Shown one piece after another: positions 50,322 to 62,931 of a DNA stretch of 64,000 bases. The stretch is from Cercozoa sp. M6MM (lineage: Eukaryota; Protista; Endomyxa: Ascetosporea): assembly GCA_040357565.1 (NCBI GenBank), contig JBDODJ010000002.1; one strand, given 5' to 3'. Each line of letters opens with the position of its first letter. Within the stretch, counting starts at the first letter, position 1. The notes below the pieces were generated by a model. That model had not been told where the DNA came from. It saw nothing but the letters and a program-made list of their open reading frames with translations, and did no database searches. The translations under genes and the position numbers were made by a program.

Positions 50322-52990
50322 ATGAGCAACGTTTCCGAGAAGTGCAAGAGCACGTTGCAGATCGGCGATGAGTCCTTCACGATCTTCGACATCACAAAGC
50401 TCAACGATGAGCGTCTTGGTGCGTTTTCCCGTCTTTCCGAGATCAATCAGAGCCGAGCGAAATTGCGATCATTCAATCGATCTGGCGAGCTTTCAGTTTT
50501 TGTTTCAGTTGGGTCGAAAAGTGCGAGCTTGTGTTGGCTGGGCTGTTATTCTTTGGATCTTTGTTGTGTTTGCTCGACAGAGAAGCTACCGGTGTCGATC
50601 AAGGTGCTGCTTGAGAGTGCCGTGCGTAGCAACCGCGAAAGCGACGTAGAGAAGATCCTCGCCTGGCAGGAAAATGCGTAAACTGAACCCTCTTTCCCCG
50701 TCGTATCTACCACTAACCGTTGATTCCTTCCCTTCTTACTCGTGTTGCTTCTCTTTCCAGCGGCAAGGCCGACATTGCTTTTAACCCAGCGCGTGTGCTG
50801 CTGCAGGACTTCACTGGTGCTTTTGACTTCCTGTTCGTAGACTCTGACCCCCCTTGTCCTCTTGACCCCTTCACCCTTTACCTCCCAGGCGTCCCGGCCG
50901 TGGTGGATCTGGCAGCTTTGCGAACGGCGGCGGTGCGTCTCGGCGGCGACCCGCTAAAGATTAACCCGCATGTGCCTGCAGACCTTGTCATCGGTACTGG
51001 GGTTGGTAGTAGAAACTGGTGGTTGGTCACTCTGACTGTGACACGTGCACGTGCGCGCAGATCACTCGGTCCAAGTCGACTTCAACCGTCGTCCGGATGC
51101 GGCAAAGCTAAACACCGACAAGGGTAGCCTTTTACTGACCCCCCCCCGTTACCCTCTGTTACCCCCTGTTGTAGAAATGGAGCGCAACAAGGAGCGCTTC
51201 GAGTTCCTCAAGTGGGGCAGCAAGGCTTTTGACAAGCTGCGCATCGTGCCGCCTGGTGCGGGCATTGTGCATCAGGTTTGTCCCACTGTAGTCCTATACC
51301 TTGATAACTTTATACCCTATGCCCCAGGTGAACCTGGAGTATCTGGCGCGCGTCGTGTTTGAGCACGAAGGCACGCTGTACCCGGACTCTGTGGTCGGTT
51401 GATGTTACCCCCCCCCCCCTCCTCCAGATGTCCAGGAGTTAAGGGTGCGATGTCTAGGTTGGTACGGACTCGCACACGACGATGGTCAACGGCCTCGGCG
51501 TGTACCTTGTGGCTTCAATGAGAGGTGGCTACAGCAAACAGTACGGATGGACATGTTTGTAGGACGGGCTGGGGTGTCGGCGGTATCGAGGCCGAATCTG
51601 TGCTGCTGTAGCTTTGTCCTTTTTCTGTATCCTTCAGATTAATATATATAATCCTCTCGTGTGTCCCAGCGGTCAGAGTGTGTCGATGGTGCTGCCCGAG
51701 GTGGTGGGCTTCCGCATCACGGGAGAGCTGCAGACGGGCGTGACGGCAACGGACTTGGTGCTGACGGTGACGCAGCTGCTGCGACAGCACGGCGTCGTCG
51801 GCAAATTCGTCGAGTTCTTCGGACCCGGCCTGGCGCACCTCTCGCTCGCCGATCGTGCCACCATCGCCAACATGTCGCCCGAGTACCCTACACTACTACC
51901 CTCTCCTCACCCCTCCATTTATCTTATTCTTACCCTCTTAGGTACGGTGCGACGATGGGCTTCTTCCCGGTGGACGAACGTTCGCTGGACTACCGTACAT
52001 TATATATATAATACACAGTATAAATACATATATATATATATATGTACTTATTGCATCCATGGATGTGGTGTTGCTGGCAGTGCGAACGACGGGCCGCAGC
52101 GAGGCCAAGGTGCAGCAAGTGAAGCAGTACCTCAGTGCACTTGGCATCTTTGGCGGCGACGGCGACGCCGTGCGCTACTCGAGTCTCGTCGAGCTCGACT
52201 TAAGCGAGGTGAGTTTTCTCTACCCCGTTCACCCCTTATACCCTTACCCCTCCCAGGTGGTGCCATCGGTGGCCGGCCCGAAGCGTCCGCACGATCGCGT
52301 GAGTGTCGCCGATCTGAAGCAGGAGTTTGACAAGTCGCTGACTGCTCCTGTAGACTCGCCAACATGCTCCCCATTTAGGCAGCCTTGTGATACCTCTATA
52401 TTTTGTAGGTGGGTTTTTCGGGCTTTGGTCTGGCGCCCGAGGCGACGTCGGCTGAGGTGCCGTTTGAGTATGAGGGCGAACAGTTCGCGCTGCGTCACGG
52501 CAGCGTTGTCATTGCGGCCATCACTTCCTGCACCAACACGTCGAACCCGTACCTCTATCTTATGCCCGCTCCCCCTGTATACTCCACTCACCTCGTTACC
52601 CCAGGTCGGTGCTGATGGCGGCGGGTCTGCTGGCCAAGAAGGCAGTCGAGAAGGGTCTCACAGTGGCGCCGTACATCAAGACGTCGCTGGCTCCTGGCTC
52701 GCACGTGGTCACTGAGTACCTCAAGAAGGTGACACTTTACCCCCCCCCCCCTCCCGCCTGTTGCTTTGTTTACCCCTTTCCTTTCTCTTTGCTTGGGCAG
52801 GCTCAGCTGCAGGATGCGCTGGACAGTTTGGGCTTCAACATCGTAGGCTACGGCTGCACCACGTGCATCGGCAACTCGGGCGACATTCCCAAGTCTGTCA
52901 TGGACGGTACCATTGATTCTAGTTGTCTGTCCTGTCCCCTATATCTTCTCCCTTGTAGCTATCGATTCGGGCGATCTGGTGGCGGCGGCA

Positions 52991-53022
<32 letters not shown>

Positions 53023-54517
53023 CGTGCACTCGCACACGCGCGCGAACTTCCTGGCGTCGCCGCCGCTGGTGATTGCCTATGCGCTGGCCGGTACAGAAGT
53101 TGTCCGCTTGGGCTAGAGTATGAACTAACTTGAGGCTGTGCTGTGCAGGCCGCATGGACATTGACTTTGAGACCGAGCCGATCGGACAGGACGGCGACGG
53201 CAACGACGTGTTCCTGCGCGACGTGTGGCCAGCCTCGCAGGAGGTCGAGAGCTTCGTCAACACACACGTGCGTCGCCAGCTGTTCCAGCAGGTACGTTCC
53301 CTTCGCGTGCCTTGTCTGTCCGTGCACAGTTCTTGTGTCCAGGTGTATGAGAACGTGACCAATGGCACCGACGCGTGGAACGCGCTCGCCGCCGAGGAGA
53401 CGCCCGTGTTTGCCTGGTCGGACGAGTCGACCTACATTCACCACCCGCCCTTCTTCCAGGATATGACGCTGCAGGCCCCGGGTACTCTTCTGCGACCACA
53501 CCTTTGTTTCACTCTCGGTATATCCGGTGCTATGGTAGGTCTGCCATCGACGCTGTCGGGTGTGCGTTGCCTGCTTAACCTGGGCGATTCGATCACGGTA
53601 TACTGTCCCTGCCCCCTCCCCCTTGTTATCTTCCTCACTCCTTTACTCCCAGACGGATCACATCTCGCCGGCCGGTCGCATTGCTCGCGCGTCGCCGGCG
53701 GCGCGTTTCCTGCAGGAGCACGGTGTCGCACCGCGCGATTTCAACACGTGCCTTGATCTCTATCGATTGATCTCTATCGGTTGACTTGTACGGTGTGACT
53801 GGGCGCTACTACTGTGCAGGTACGGTGCCCGTCGTGGCAACGATCTCGTCATGGTGCGCGGCACCTTCGCCAACATTCGTCTGCGCAACAAGATGTTGTC
53901 TGAGAAGCCGGGCCCGGTAGCATCCTACCCTCTCAGTGTTTCCTGCCCTCTGTTACATTACTCATGCTCCCGCCTGTAGTGGGCCAAACACGTCCCCAGT
54001 GGCGAGGTGGCGTCTGTGTACGATGTGGCGGCCAAGTACGCCGAGGATAAGACGCCCCTGGTGATCCTGGGTGGCGCTCTCTACGGCAGCGGCAGCTCCC
54101 GCGACTGGGCCGCCAAGGGCGTCGCTCTGCAAGGCGTCAAGGCCGTCGTCGCCATCAGTTACGAGCGCATCCACCGCAGCAACCTCATCGGTAGCTTTCT
54201 TTGCCTCTGCTGCTCGTTATTCTCCTTTCTCTTTGTATATGTTCGGTTCCACAGGTATGGGCGTGCTGCCGCTTCAGTTCCTGGAGGGCGAGGACGCCGA
54301 CTCGCTCGGACTGACGGGCGAGGAGGTCTTCTCGTTCGAGCTGGGCGACAACGTCGAGCCGCTGCAGCAGGTCACGGTGCGCACTGACACCGGCAAGTCG
54401 TTCCGCGTCACGCTGCGCTGCGACACGCCGGCCGAACTCGAGTTCATGCAGCACGGCGGCATTCTGCACTACGCGCTGCGTCAGCAGCTCCTGCGCGACC
54501 TCCAGTCGCAGCAGTAA
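50322..54517 (+). CDS. ACO1: Aconitate hydratase, AcnA/IRP1 (cytosolic) type, 24 exons
   Basis: [89 protein letters not shown]; no obvious mitochondrial presequence. Confidence 0.97.
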
Positions 54518-55160
54518 ACGAAACTGAACCGAACTGACCTGACTTCTCCGTCTCATCCATCCGTTCGATCGTCCGCGCGCGACCGGGCCGCTTGCGTTAG
54601 GCAAAGTCTACAAGCAAGTAAATTAATGTAACTGAACTATAACTATTCCATGTCTATGTCGTATTCAGTGATTTAGTTAGTTAGTTGAGTCTTCTAGGAA
54701 ACCAACTACTTAAATTAGTTTCCCTGCACCAGTCTGGGGTGGGTCACAAGAGGATGGCCTTAGTGATTTACACATACGTATAGACGCATATCAAGGACTT
54801 GCGCAAATCGCATTTTAGACTACACGATTTAGATTCCGATCGCACAGTAGTGCCACCACTCACGTCACAGATATCGCGGCGTAGACGTGCGTGACAGGAA
54901 GTTTTCACATTCGTCCTCCTGCCGTACAGGGTCATTCGGGGTTGGGGGAAGGGTCAGGGGAAGGGTTAGGGAAGGGTCAGGGGAAAGGATCAAAGAACGG
55001 GCCAAAGGAAATGGACAAAGGAATGGTCAAAGAACGGTTGAAAAGAAATGGACAAATGTCAGAGGGAATAAATAGACGATAAGTTACATGAGCGCGACCA
55101 TCGGACGGATGGTGTCGTGGAGTCACATTTCAGTTGTTGTGCACTGCGTGTATGGTCAGG

Positions 55161-56816
55161 TTAGTGCTGGAGAAGAGCAAAGGCGGCAGCGCCAAGGATC
55201 ATCGGGACGGCGTAGGTGGTGGATGCAGCACCGCCAGTAAGACCCGTCTGACGCTCCGGTTTCTGGTTGATGCCTTCGATGGCCTCTGCCACCGCACAAA
55301 ACAAACATGAGATCCAATCGGAAAATCGAACGAACTGAAACACCAAGGGTGGCCACGCGCGCCGTGAGTGCCTGAACAGCAGCGGTGAGAGACTCAATGG
55401 TGTCGGTGTTATTGCTGACAGTGACATTAAGGCCGGCGATGTCGCTGTCGCTACTGCCGCCGGTGCAGTTCGAGTCACGAGTAGAGTTGAGCTGCGCGAT
55501 GCTGTCCTGCAGCTCGCTGACGACAGTGCTGAGACTGGTGATGTTGCCAGAGTTCATGTTGCTCGATGCGGTGAGACTGTCGATGTTAGTAATGACAGTG
55601 GAGTTGAGACTGGCGATATCAGCAGCGTTGGCAGTGACGGTGCCGTTGAGACTCGCGACACTGTCGACGAGGCCCGCGACAATGCCAGTATTGGCAATGG
55701 CAGAGGTGTTGAGACTGGCGATATCGGCAGTGTTGGCACTGACACTGTCGGTGTTGGCCAAAATAGACGTGTTGAGACTCGCAATGTCGGCACTGTTGGC
55801 ACTGACAGTGCCTCCAAGAGTCGCAATGCTGTCAGTGTTGGCAGTGATACCCGCAGCATTGCTGGAAACCGTGCTGTTCACTGCCTCGAGATCGATCTGC
55901 AAGGCCATCGTGCTTGAGAGCTCCGTTTCCCACCTATCAGTACATTTCAGGTGCCCTGGCATGGACAAGCGCGAAGTACAGCTTACTCAGTGACGGCTTT
56001 GTCAACTTGACTCTATAAACAAACGACAGAGGGTCGCACAGCATGCGCAGTACACAAACATAGAAAACTGTAGATACTCAAGGTACCACAAGGAGTGCGG
56101 TGGAGGCACGCTCAAAGTAGTCAGAGGTCGCACCAGCCGCGTCCATTACGTTCTTGCTGTAGCACGTCAAAAGAACTCGCGTATCGGCGTCGCGCGTGCA
56201 GTCGCCCGTGTTGGCCTCCGGGGGAAACACGATGTGCAAGAAGCCGGCTACCAAATCGATACGCACCTCACATCGGGCTATCAAAAATTTGCCGATAGAA
56301 GCAAAGCCACGTACAACCAGAGACATAGTTGACCGACGTCGGCTGTAGTCCAGAGGAAGAGCGACCGCAGGTGCACTCCAGATCGCTCGTCCGCAACAAC
56401 ATCGACGTGTCGTCTACGGTCTGCAGCCTGAGGCCCAACAGCCAAGTGGCGCGTGCACAGTGCAAAGTGAAAGCGTGCTGTAGAAGGACCTACCATAAAG
56501 TGGCGCTGTTCTGCAGCATGTGCATGCTGTGCTGATCGTTGGAAATCACTTGCATGAACGTCTCATCGGCCACGTGCGCGGTCAGCGCAGCCGTGGTCGC
56601 ACCGCACGTAGTTTCACTTGACGAGACGCAGATGGCAATCTCCTGCCCACAACAACGTGTGGTATTTTAGGTACAAAGAGGTGCACTATGCCCGTATACC
56701 CTAATAGGGACGGGGGTGCTCGTATCAACGAAAGTCGATGGCCGTGTCAATGTGACCCCGACGGCCGAGGAGGTGCAGAAGGCGTACACCAACGAGGCAG
56801 CGGCAAGAAAACGCAT
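55161..56816 (-). CDS. Putative GPI-anchored surface protein, globular head plus trimeric coiled-coil stalk (copy 1)
   Basis: Signal peptide MRFLAAASLVYAFCTSSAVG; Cys-containing head; stalk of (V/I)xxNTxxIxxL heptads; C-terminal GGAASTTYAVPMILGAAAFALLQH*. Confidence 0.7.
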
Positions 56817-57702
56817 CTCTCGCTCTGTGTGCAAGAATACTGTAGTATTAGTACAGTAAGGCTCTTTCCGCTCCGCTGCTTGTTCTTTTTTGGGCTGATC
56901 CAGAACGATTCCAATGATCGCATTATTGTCAATGTGAGACTGCTGATCGCTCACTGCAGACTGTCAAGCGCGTGCGATCATAACCAGCAGTGTACTGTGC
57001 GATCATGACCGGCAACGGTGTAGTGCGATCATGGCCAAGTACCTGAGCGGGAAACGCGGTTTCACGTGTGGTTGGCTTTCTGCCGTGGTAAAAACGCCAC
57101 GGAGTCGCTGAAGAATTGTTAATTTTTTCTCTGGGGACGAAGCATTTTTGAAATTTCAAGAAGCGTCGCCGGTGCTGGGATTCGCGGCTCGGTTAACTCG
57201 ATGCGTAGTCTTGAGACTCAATGTACTGCTGCGAGAATTAGCTCATCGTGCGTGATAACATCTGTTGAGGTTGATTTCGTTTCGTGTGACATGCTCCAAA
57301 CGACTAACACAAACGAAACCGAATCCATGTGCGGACGGTCCATTCGTTGTGCACAAACCGCACGCGCGCACGCTGTTGAACGCGGGAAGACCACAAATGC
57401 TCGAGCAAGTTCAAGAGAATGCCCAACTCAGTCGAGAGCTGGGCATCGACGCCGAAGACATGGCCATCCTCAACTGCCGGGAAATCTGGGGCACTTTCCC
57501 AGATTTCCGAGGATGGCCCATGGCCACCCCCCTACGGATCCTGACCCCGGCAGCAAATCCTTGGACGGCAACATTAAAGCAGCTGGATACAGTTTCGGGA
57601 CTTTGTCAGAACACTCCATTTTTTGCAATCAAGTGGTACGTACTAATTTACGCTACAAGTACTGTAGTGGTATCATGGTGTATGGTAATACAACTACGTC
57701 GG

Positions 57703-57898
57703 TTAGTGCTGGAGGAGAGCAAAGGCGGTAGCAGCGAAGAGCATTGAAACGGCGTTGCTGGTGACATCGGTTGCAGCGCCACCCGTCTGTTGCTGTGGCT
57801 CCTGGCCGCCGTCTGCAGATTCTGTCATCGCACACGTTAGGTATCGATAACAGACACACACCCCCACACACCCACACACCCACACACCCACACACCCA

Positions 57899-57949
<51 letters not shown>

Positions 57950-57959
57950 NNNNNNNNNN

Positions 57960-58008
<49 letters not shown>

Positions 58009-59739
58009 GGATGCAAAACAAGCACAAAATTATACCAAGAATGGCCACACGCGCAGTGAGCGCCTCGACTGCAGCTATGAGAGACTCGGTGGTGTCAGCG
58101 TAGTTTCTGACAGTGGCGTTAAGACCGGCGACGTCGTTTGTATTGACACCGATGTTGTTAGTGTTGGTGGCAATGTTGTTTGAGTTGACTGCAATGTTGT
58201 TCGCATTTGCAGCGACTGCGGCACCGAGGTTGCCGTTGGTGTCGTTGCAGTCAGAACAGTTAGAGTTGCAAGTGAAGTTGAGCTCCGCGATGCTGTGCTG
58301 CATCTCGCTGACGGCACTGCCGAGGCTTGTGATGTTGTCGGTGTTCATGGCAACAGACGCAGTGAGACTCATGACACTGCCAGTGTTCGCGTTGACCGAG
58401 GTGCTGAGACTGGCAACGGCGTCGGAGTTGGTGCCAACAGTGGCGTTGAGACTCGCGACACTGTCAGTGTTGGTAGCGACAACGCTACTGAGACACGTGA
58501 TGTTGCCAGTGTTCGTGGCGACAGCGGCGACGAGGCCCGCGACAATGCCAGTATTGGCAATGACAGAGGTGTTGAGACTGGCGATATCGGCAGTGTTGGC
58601 ACCGACACTGTCGGTGTTGGCCAAGACAGACGTGTTGAGACTCGCGATGTCGGCAGTGTTGGCACTGACAGTGCCTCCCAGAGTCGCGATGCTGTCAGTG
58701 TTGGCAGTGATACCCGCAGTGTTGCTGGAAACCGTGCTGCTCACTGCTTCGAGATCGCTTTGCAAGGCCACTTTTGCAAGTTCTGTCTCCCACCTAGTAG
58801 CACATTTCGAGTACCTCCTCAATCAATGACAAACACGATGATGGAGCACAACTTACTCTGAAACGACCTTGTCGACTTGGCTCTACAAACAAACGACAGA
58901 GGGTCGCTGCAGAAACGTGCGGTGCAAACATCAAAATGTAGATACTCTAGTACCACAAGAAGTGCGGTGGAGGCACGCTCGAAGTAGCCAGAACTCGTGC
59001 CTGCCGCATTCATCGCGTTCTTGCTGTAGCACGTCACAAGCACTTGTGTGGTGGAGTCGCGCGTGCAGCCTCCCGTGTTGGCCTCCGGGGGGGAACACAA
59101 TGTGCAAATCGCCCGCTGCGGTATGGGATGAACAATTATCGGTACAGTCTGCGGTGGCCGTGCCAAACTGACAAAAGAGCGAACGTACACGTGGGCAAGT
59201 AAGTGATGGAGTTCGGCTGCAGTCCAGAGGAAGAGCGACCGCAGGTGCACTCTAGGTCATTCTCACGCAATATCATCGTCTTGACGTTGGGTGCCTGTAG
59301 CCTGCGACACAACTCAGTATGAGTCACGCGGGGTACAAAAAAGATGCATGAGACACTTTTTACAAGTTAAATTTACCAAAAGTCGCCGGCGTTCTGAAGG
59401 ATATGCGCGCTTTGTTGGTCGTTAGTGACGACTTGCAGATACGACTCACCCTCATACGCAGCAAGGTGGCTTGTGGAGCCGTCGGCTTTACAAATGGTGG
59501 CATCTGACGCACCGACGCAGATGGAGATGTCCTGCGAAAGCAATCACGAAACAGTTTTCTCAGCAAGTACAATTTACAGTATATTAGCTTGCACAATTAT
59601 TGGTGTAAGCGGTTGTGTTAGAGGTTACCGTGACGGCAATGGGAGTGCTCGCATCAATGAGCGTGGAGGGCCGCGTCAAGGTTACCGCACTGGCAGTTCC
59701 GAGGATACAAAGCAATGCAGCCGCGATGACAAGCTTCAT
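57703..59739 (-). CDS. Putative GPI-anchored surface protein (copy 2, tandem paralogue)
   Basis: MKLVIAAALLCILGTASAVTLTRPST...; same head motifs (LECTCGRSSSGLQP, PPEANTG, FERASTALLVV); longer stalk; ends AATAFALLQH*. Confidence 0.7.
57853..58006. repeat. Compound (CA)n/CACACC microsatellite with gap, intronic
   Basis: CA-rich run in the last intron of copy 2. Confidence 0.9.
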
Positions 59740-60179
59740 CGTAGGAGCTCTGCTGTGACTTTAGACACACCAACAACAAAAACTTCTTACTTTACTACAG
59801 AAGATGCCACTTGGCAACTCAAGTGGTCGACATTGATCGCTAGAGTCGAGACCCATCAACGTGACCACCAACAACTGAGTCGTCTAAATGGCTACTGCAC
59901 AGGAACAAAAGATGGTCGGAGCAGATGACCACCGCAGTTTTACTACACTTCCTCTCGAGGCTTCGTCAGTCGGGTGATCCTAGGCTAACATTCCACGATG
60001 ATCAAAGCCGCCAGCTGACCCGGAGAACCAAACATGCGTATACGCGCGCCAGTAGGCGCAACCGTTTAATTTAGTTTCCTCGCTGCCTTCAGTTACTTTC
60101 AAACCACCGCGCCAAGTACGGAACGGAACGGAACGGAATTTTACGTCTCGCTTCCGTACGCATTCCAATCCGTCTAGGC

Positions 60180-60745
60180 AGCGAAAATATCATCCAGAAC
60201 CAATCTCTGCTTGGAGGAGAGCAGCCACAAACCGCACCGACGCTGAACTGGTCGAGACGGAAGACAGATGCTGAACACCACAAGCACAAGTGGCTCCAAC
60301 TGATACGTGACCTCTCGAACAGAGTAGAGATATAACAAGTATACGCATCTGGCGACAGCGTTGCCGGAAGCGAAGCAGGCTACTACGGCTGGACATCAGG
60401 AAATCCAGTCAATGAAAGACTGAGATCTGGCAATGGAAAAATCACCAACGCGACTATCTATGATGCAGAAAGGGTTGCCATAATGCAATGAGAATGCAAC
60501 AAGGCACCAAGATCTCCTGGGACGAGGAAGCAAATGCCGAAGGACAACCAGCCTCCCAGCAGGCACTGGACCGAGAGGTCCCCGACATAGACTAGGCCAC
60601 CACTCATTGCAGTGGTGGCCCTACGTCTATACCCGCTTGCTTGCTATGTTTGATTATTGAGCAGAGGGATGGGAGGACGACGACGGTACGACCCGAAGCC
60701 GCCTGCGACGCCCTCGTAGCCCGCTACCTGCACCAACCATGAAGT
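60180..60745 (+). mobile_element. Degenerate non-LTR retrotransposon fragment (RNase H-like)
   Basis: Stop-interrupted frame *QVYASGDSVAGSEAGYYGW...GKITNATIYDAERVAIMQ* resembles LINE RNase H (YTDGS...AG.G...TVYDAEL.AI); intronless, A-rich sense strand. Confidence 0.5.
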
Positions 60746-60943
60746 CGACTTTGTTGTTGTATGGTCCTACCCTAAGCGGGCGGTAGACGAGACACGGCCA
60801 TGCTCTTGTGACCAACCCCAAACTGGTGCAGGGGAACTACTTACTTGGTTTCAGAAAAGAGTCAACTAACTAACTACGCTAACTCATCCAGCGCAGGCAG
60901 CGGAACCGAACTTTGAAAAATCTGTTCGCGTCGTTACCGTGAG

Positions 60944-62631
60944 TCAAAACCGGGCGGTGGTAGGTGGCCGAGGAGTATCAACACGTCGCATAGCTGCGCG
61001 CGTTTGCCGTCTCTGCTGCTGCTGCTGCTGCTGCTCGTGGTTGGGCGTACTTGGTGGCTTGTTCACTTTCTTCTGCCCAGAAAGCACTCAGGCAAAGTAA
61101 AGAAACACATGAGCCAGCAAGAAACACAAGCTACACGCGGTTTCGGCGGCGGCAAGAATACGGCCGAGTCATCGGAGCGTTGTGACGGTGAGTTCGCAGC
61201 GAACTGCACCGTGCGAAGACTGGTATCCTTGCTGGCGCTGTTACGGCCACTCGCTGCGTTGAACAAGCGACGGCGCGAAGCCGAGCGCGATGACGAAAGC
61301 GACAGGAGCGAAACGTTGCCGTCGTCGCGCATCGCACTGCCTGACCGCCTGTCGTCGCTGCTCGGAGCGGTCGAGCCGTCTTCTTGCTGCTTGGAGAGCA
61401 GTCGGCGACTGCGTCGCTTTGGCTTGCGGCACGTCACTTCGTGCTGGAACTCGCGCTGCAACTGCTCGACTTTCGCCTCATCAATGCCGTCGATTTCGTT
61501 CAACATCGAGATCGCACGAGTCAATCTGTAAAACTAGAGAACTTAAAAACGTTGAACCAGAGACCTCCAGCTGAACCCCCAAAAAGGCAACAAGAAATAG
61601 AGAGGGAGGCACAACTCAGAGACGGTGGGTTCAGCAGGCTGAGGAGTGGCGAGAGCGTCGACGCCAGCGAGAAGCTTGCCGGCACAGATGAGTCGCAGGC
61701 GCCAGGCAGTGACGAGACGCTTGGCGTCGAGCTGCGTACCCAGCAGCGTGTCCAGTCGCGCAGCACAGCGACTGTAGCGCCCGAGACCAAAGAAACCAAC
61801 GGCCTCAGCGAGATCTCCTCGTCTCATTGTCGAAGCTGCAGTGGAAGCAACGCTCGCTCTGCCCGAGGCCGAAGCAGAAGCAAAACTCTGCCGCCTCGAA
61901 TTCGCTGGCGACTCATCGAACAACTCGCTCTCGGTCTGCACGGCCTGATCGCTGGTTTGCACTGCTGACTCGTCCTGCATGCTGTCGCCGCTGCTGATAT
62001 CGCTACTGCCTGCCTGTACATGGACGTTTTTCGTCTGTACGCCGTTCGTCTGCATGCCTTTCGTCTGCGCGCCGCGACGATATTCGTTTGGAGTTTCTCT
62101 CGCTTTCCTCGTTGCCCTCACAGTCGCGCTTTCGCGACGAGCGCTCGCGTGCGGAGCGCTTTTTGAAGAGCTGTTGCGACTTCGTGAGACAGATCGAGCC
62201 GCTTTCGCTGCAGCGCTTTTTGCTTGCAATCGCACAGAGAGTTTTGATGCTGCTCGCGTGGATTTTCGGGTTTGCACCTGCAAGTTCTGCCTCGCGCGGA
62301 GGGCTTTCGTCGCAACGCCTGCTCGGGTCGAAGCTCGCGCCGAAGCTTTCGTCGCAACTCTCGTCGAAGATTTCGTCGTAGATTTCGTCGAAGCTTTCGT
62401 CGCAACTGTTGCTGTGGGTTTCTTTTTCTGCAGAGTTCGGCGTGGTCGCGCGCCTGCAGCAGTGCTAACTACGTTCGTGCCACTCGCCCTGCAATACACT
62501 ATATACACAAAGCCAAGCAACAACAGGAAACAGCAAAGCTACCCCGCACGAGCTTTGTTGCGCGACGCCGCGGTTGACCGCTGCAGTCCGCCAGCACGAG
62601 CCGTGCGCGGTGGCATGCTGCACATGGACAT
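60944..62631 (-). CDS. Hypothetical basic, Ser/Thr/Ala/Lys-rich protein
   Basis: ORFs 61543-62523 and 61063-61524 joined by GT-AG introns; ATKAST-like repeats; poly-Q last exon. Confidence 0.5.
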
Positions 62632-62931
62632 TTTGCACCAGCAAAAAGGAACATCTGGTCTTGCAACAAACACACCTTTTCGTTGTGATCGGGCCCTATT
62701 AAGCTGCCCGCTTCCTACAAATCAGAATGAACACGATACTACGCACCTTCGTGCGCCAGAGGTGGGGTTGTATCACAAAACCTGTCGGTGAAATTGGCTC
62801 GGAGCCGGAAGTTTGAGCCGATAGTGGATAGCTCATGTAAATCGGTATACCCGTCGCTCTCAGTGTGCTGGGCAGTGTGCTGGTGTAAAAGTACAACGGT
62901 CAGAGTCTGTGGGGCCCCCGAAACATTGAAA

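Noticed and set aside
50210-50580. Iron-responsive element near the IRP1-type aconitase
   Set aside because: No CAGUGN-loop hairpin seen in the 5' region or first intron.
50322-54517. Non-standard genetic code or stop readthrough
   Set aside because: All in-frame stops in aconitase and RPL26 fall inside GT-AG introns; conserved residues decode normally.
5677-54517. Functional cluster of iron/heme genes (Mpo1-like, DDX11, ZIP, globin, JmjC, MAPR, aconitase)
   Set aside because: Interspersed with unrelated genes over about 50 kb; no evidence beyond chance without a genome-wide enrichment test.
55156-58822. Bacterial YadA-like adhesin, implying contamination or prophage
   Set aside because: Both genes have spliceosomal introns, eukaryotic signal peptides and GPI-like tails, with no beta-barrel anchor.
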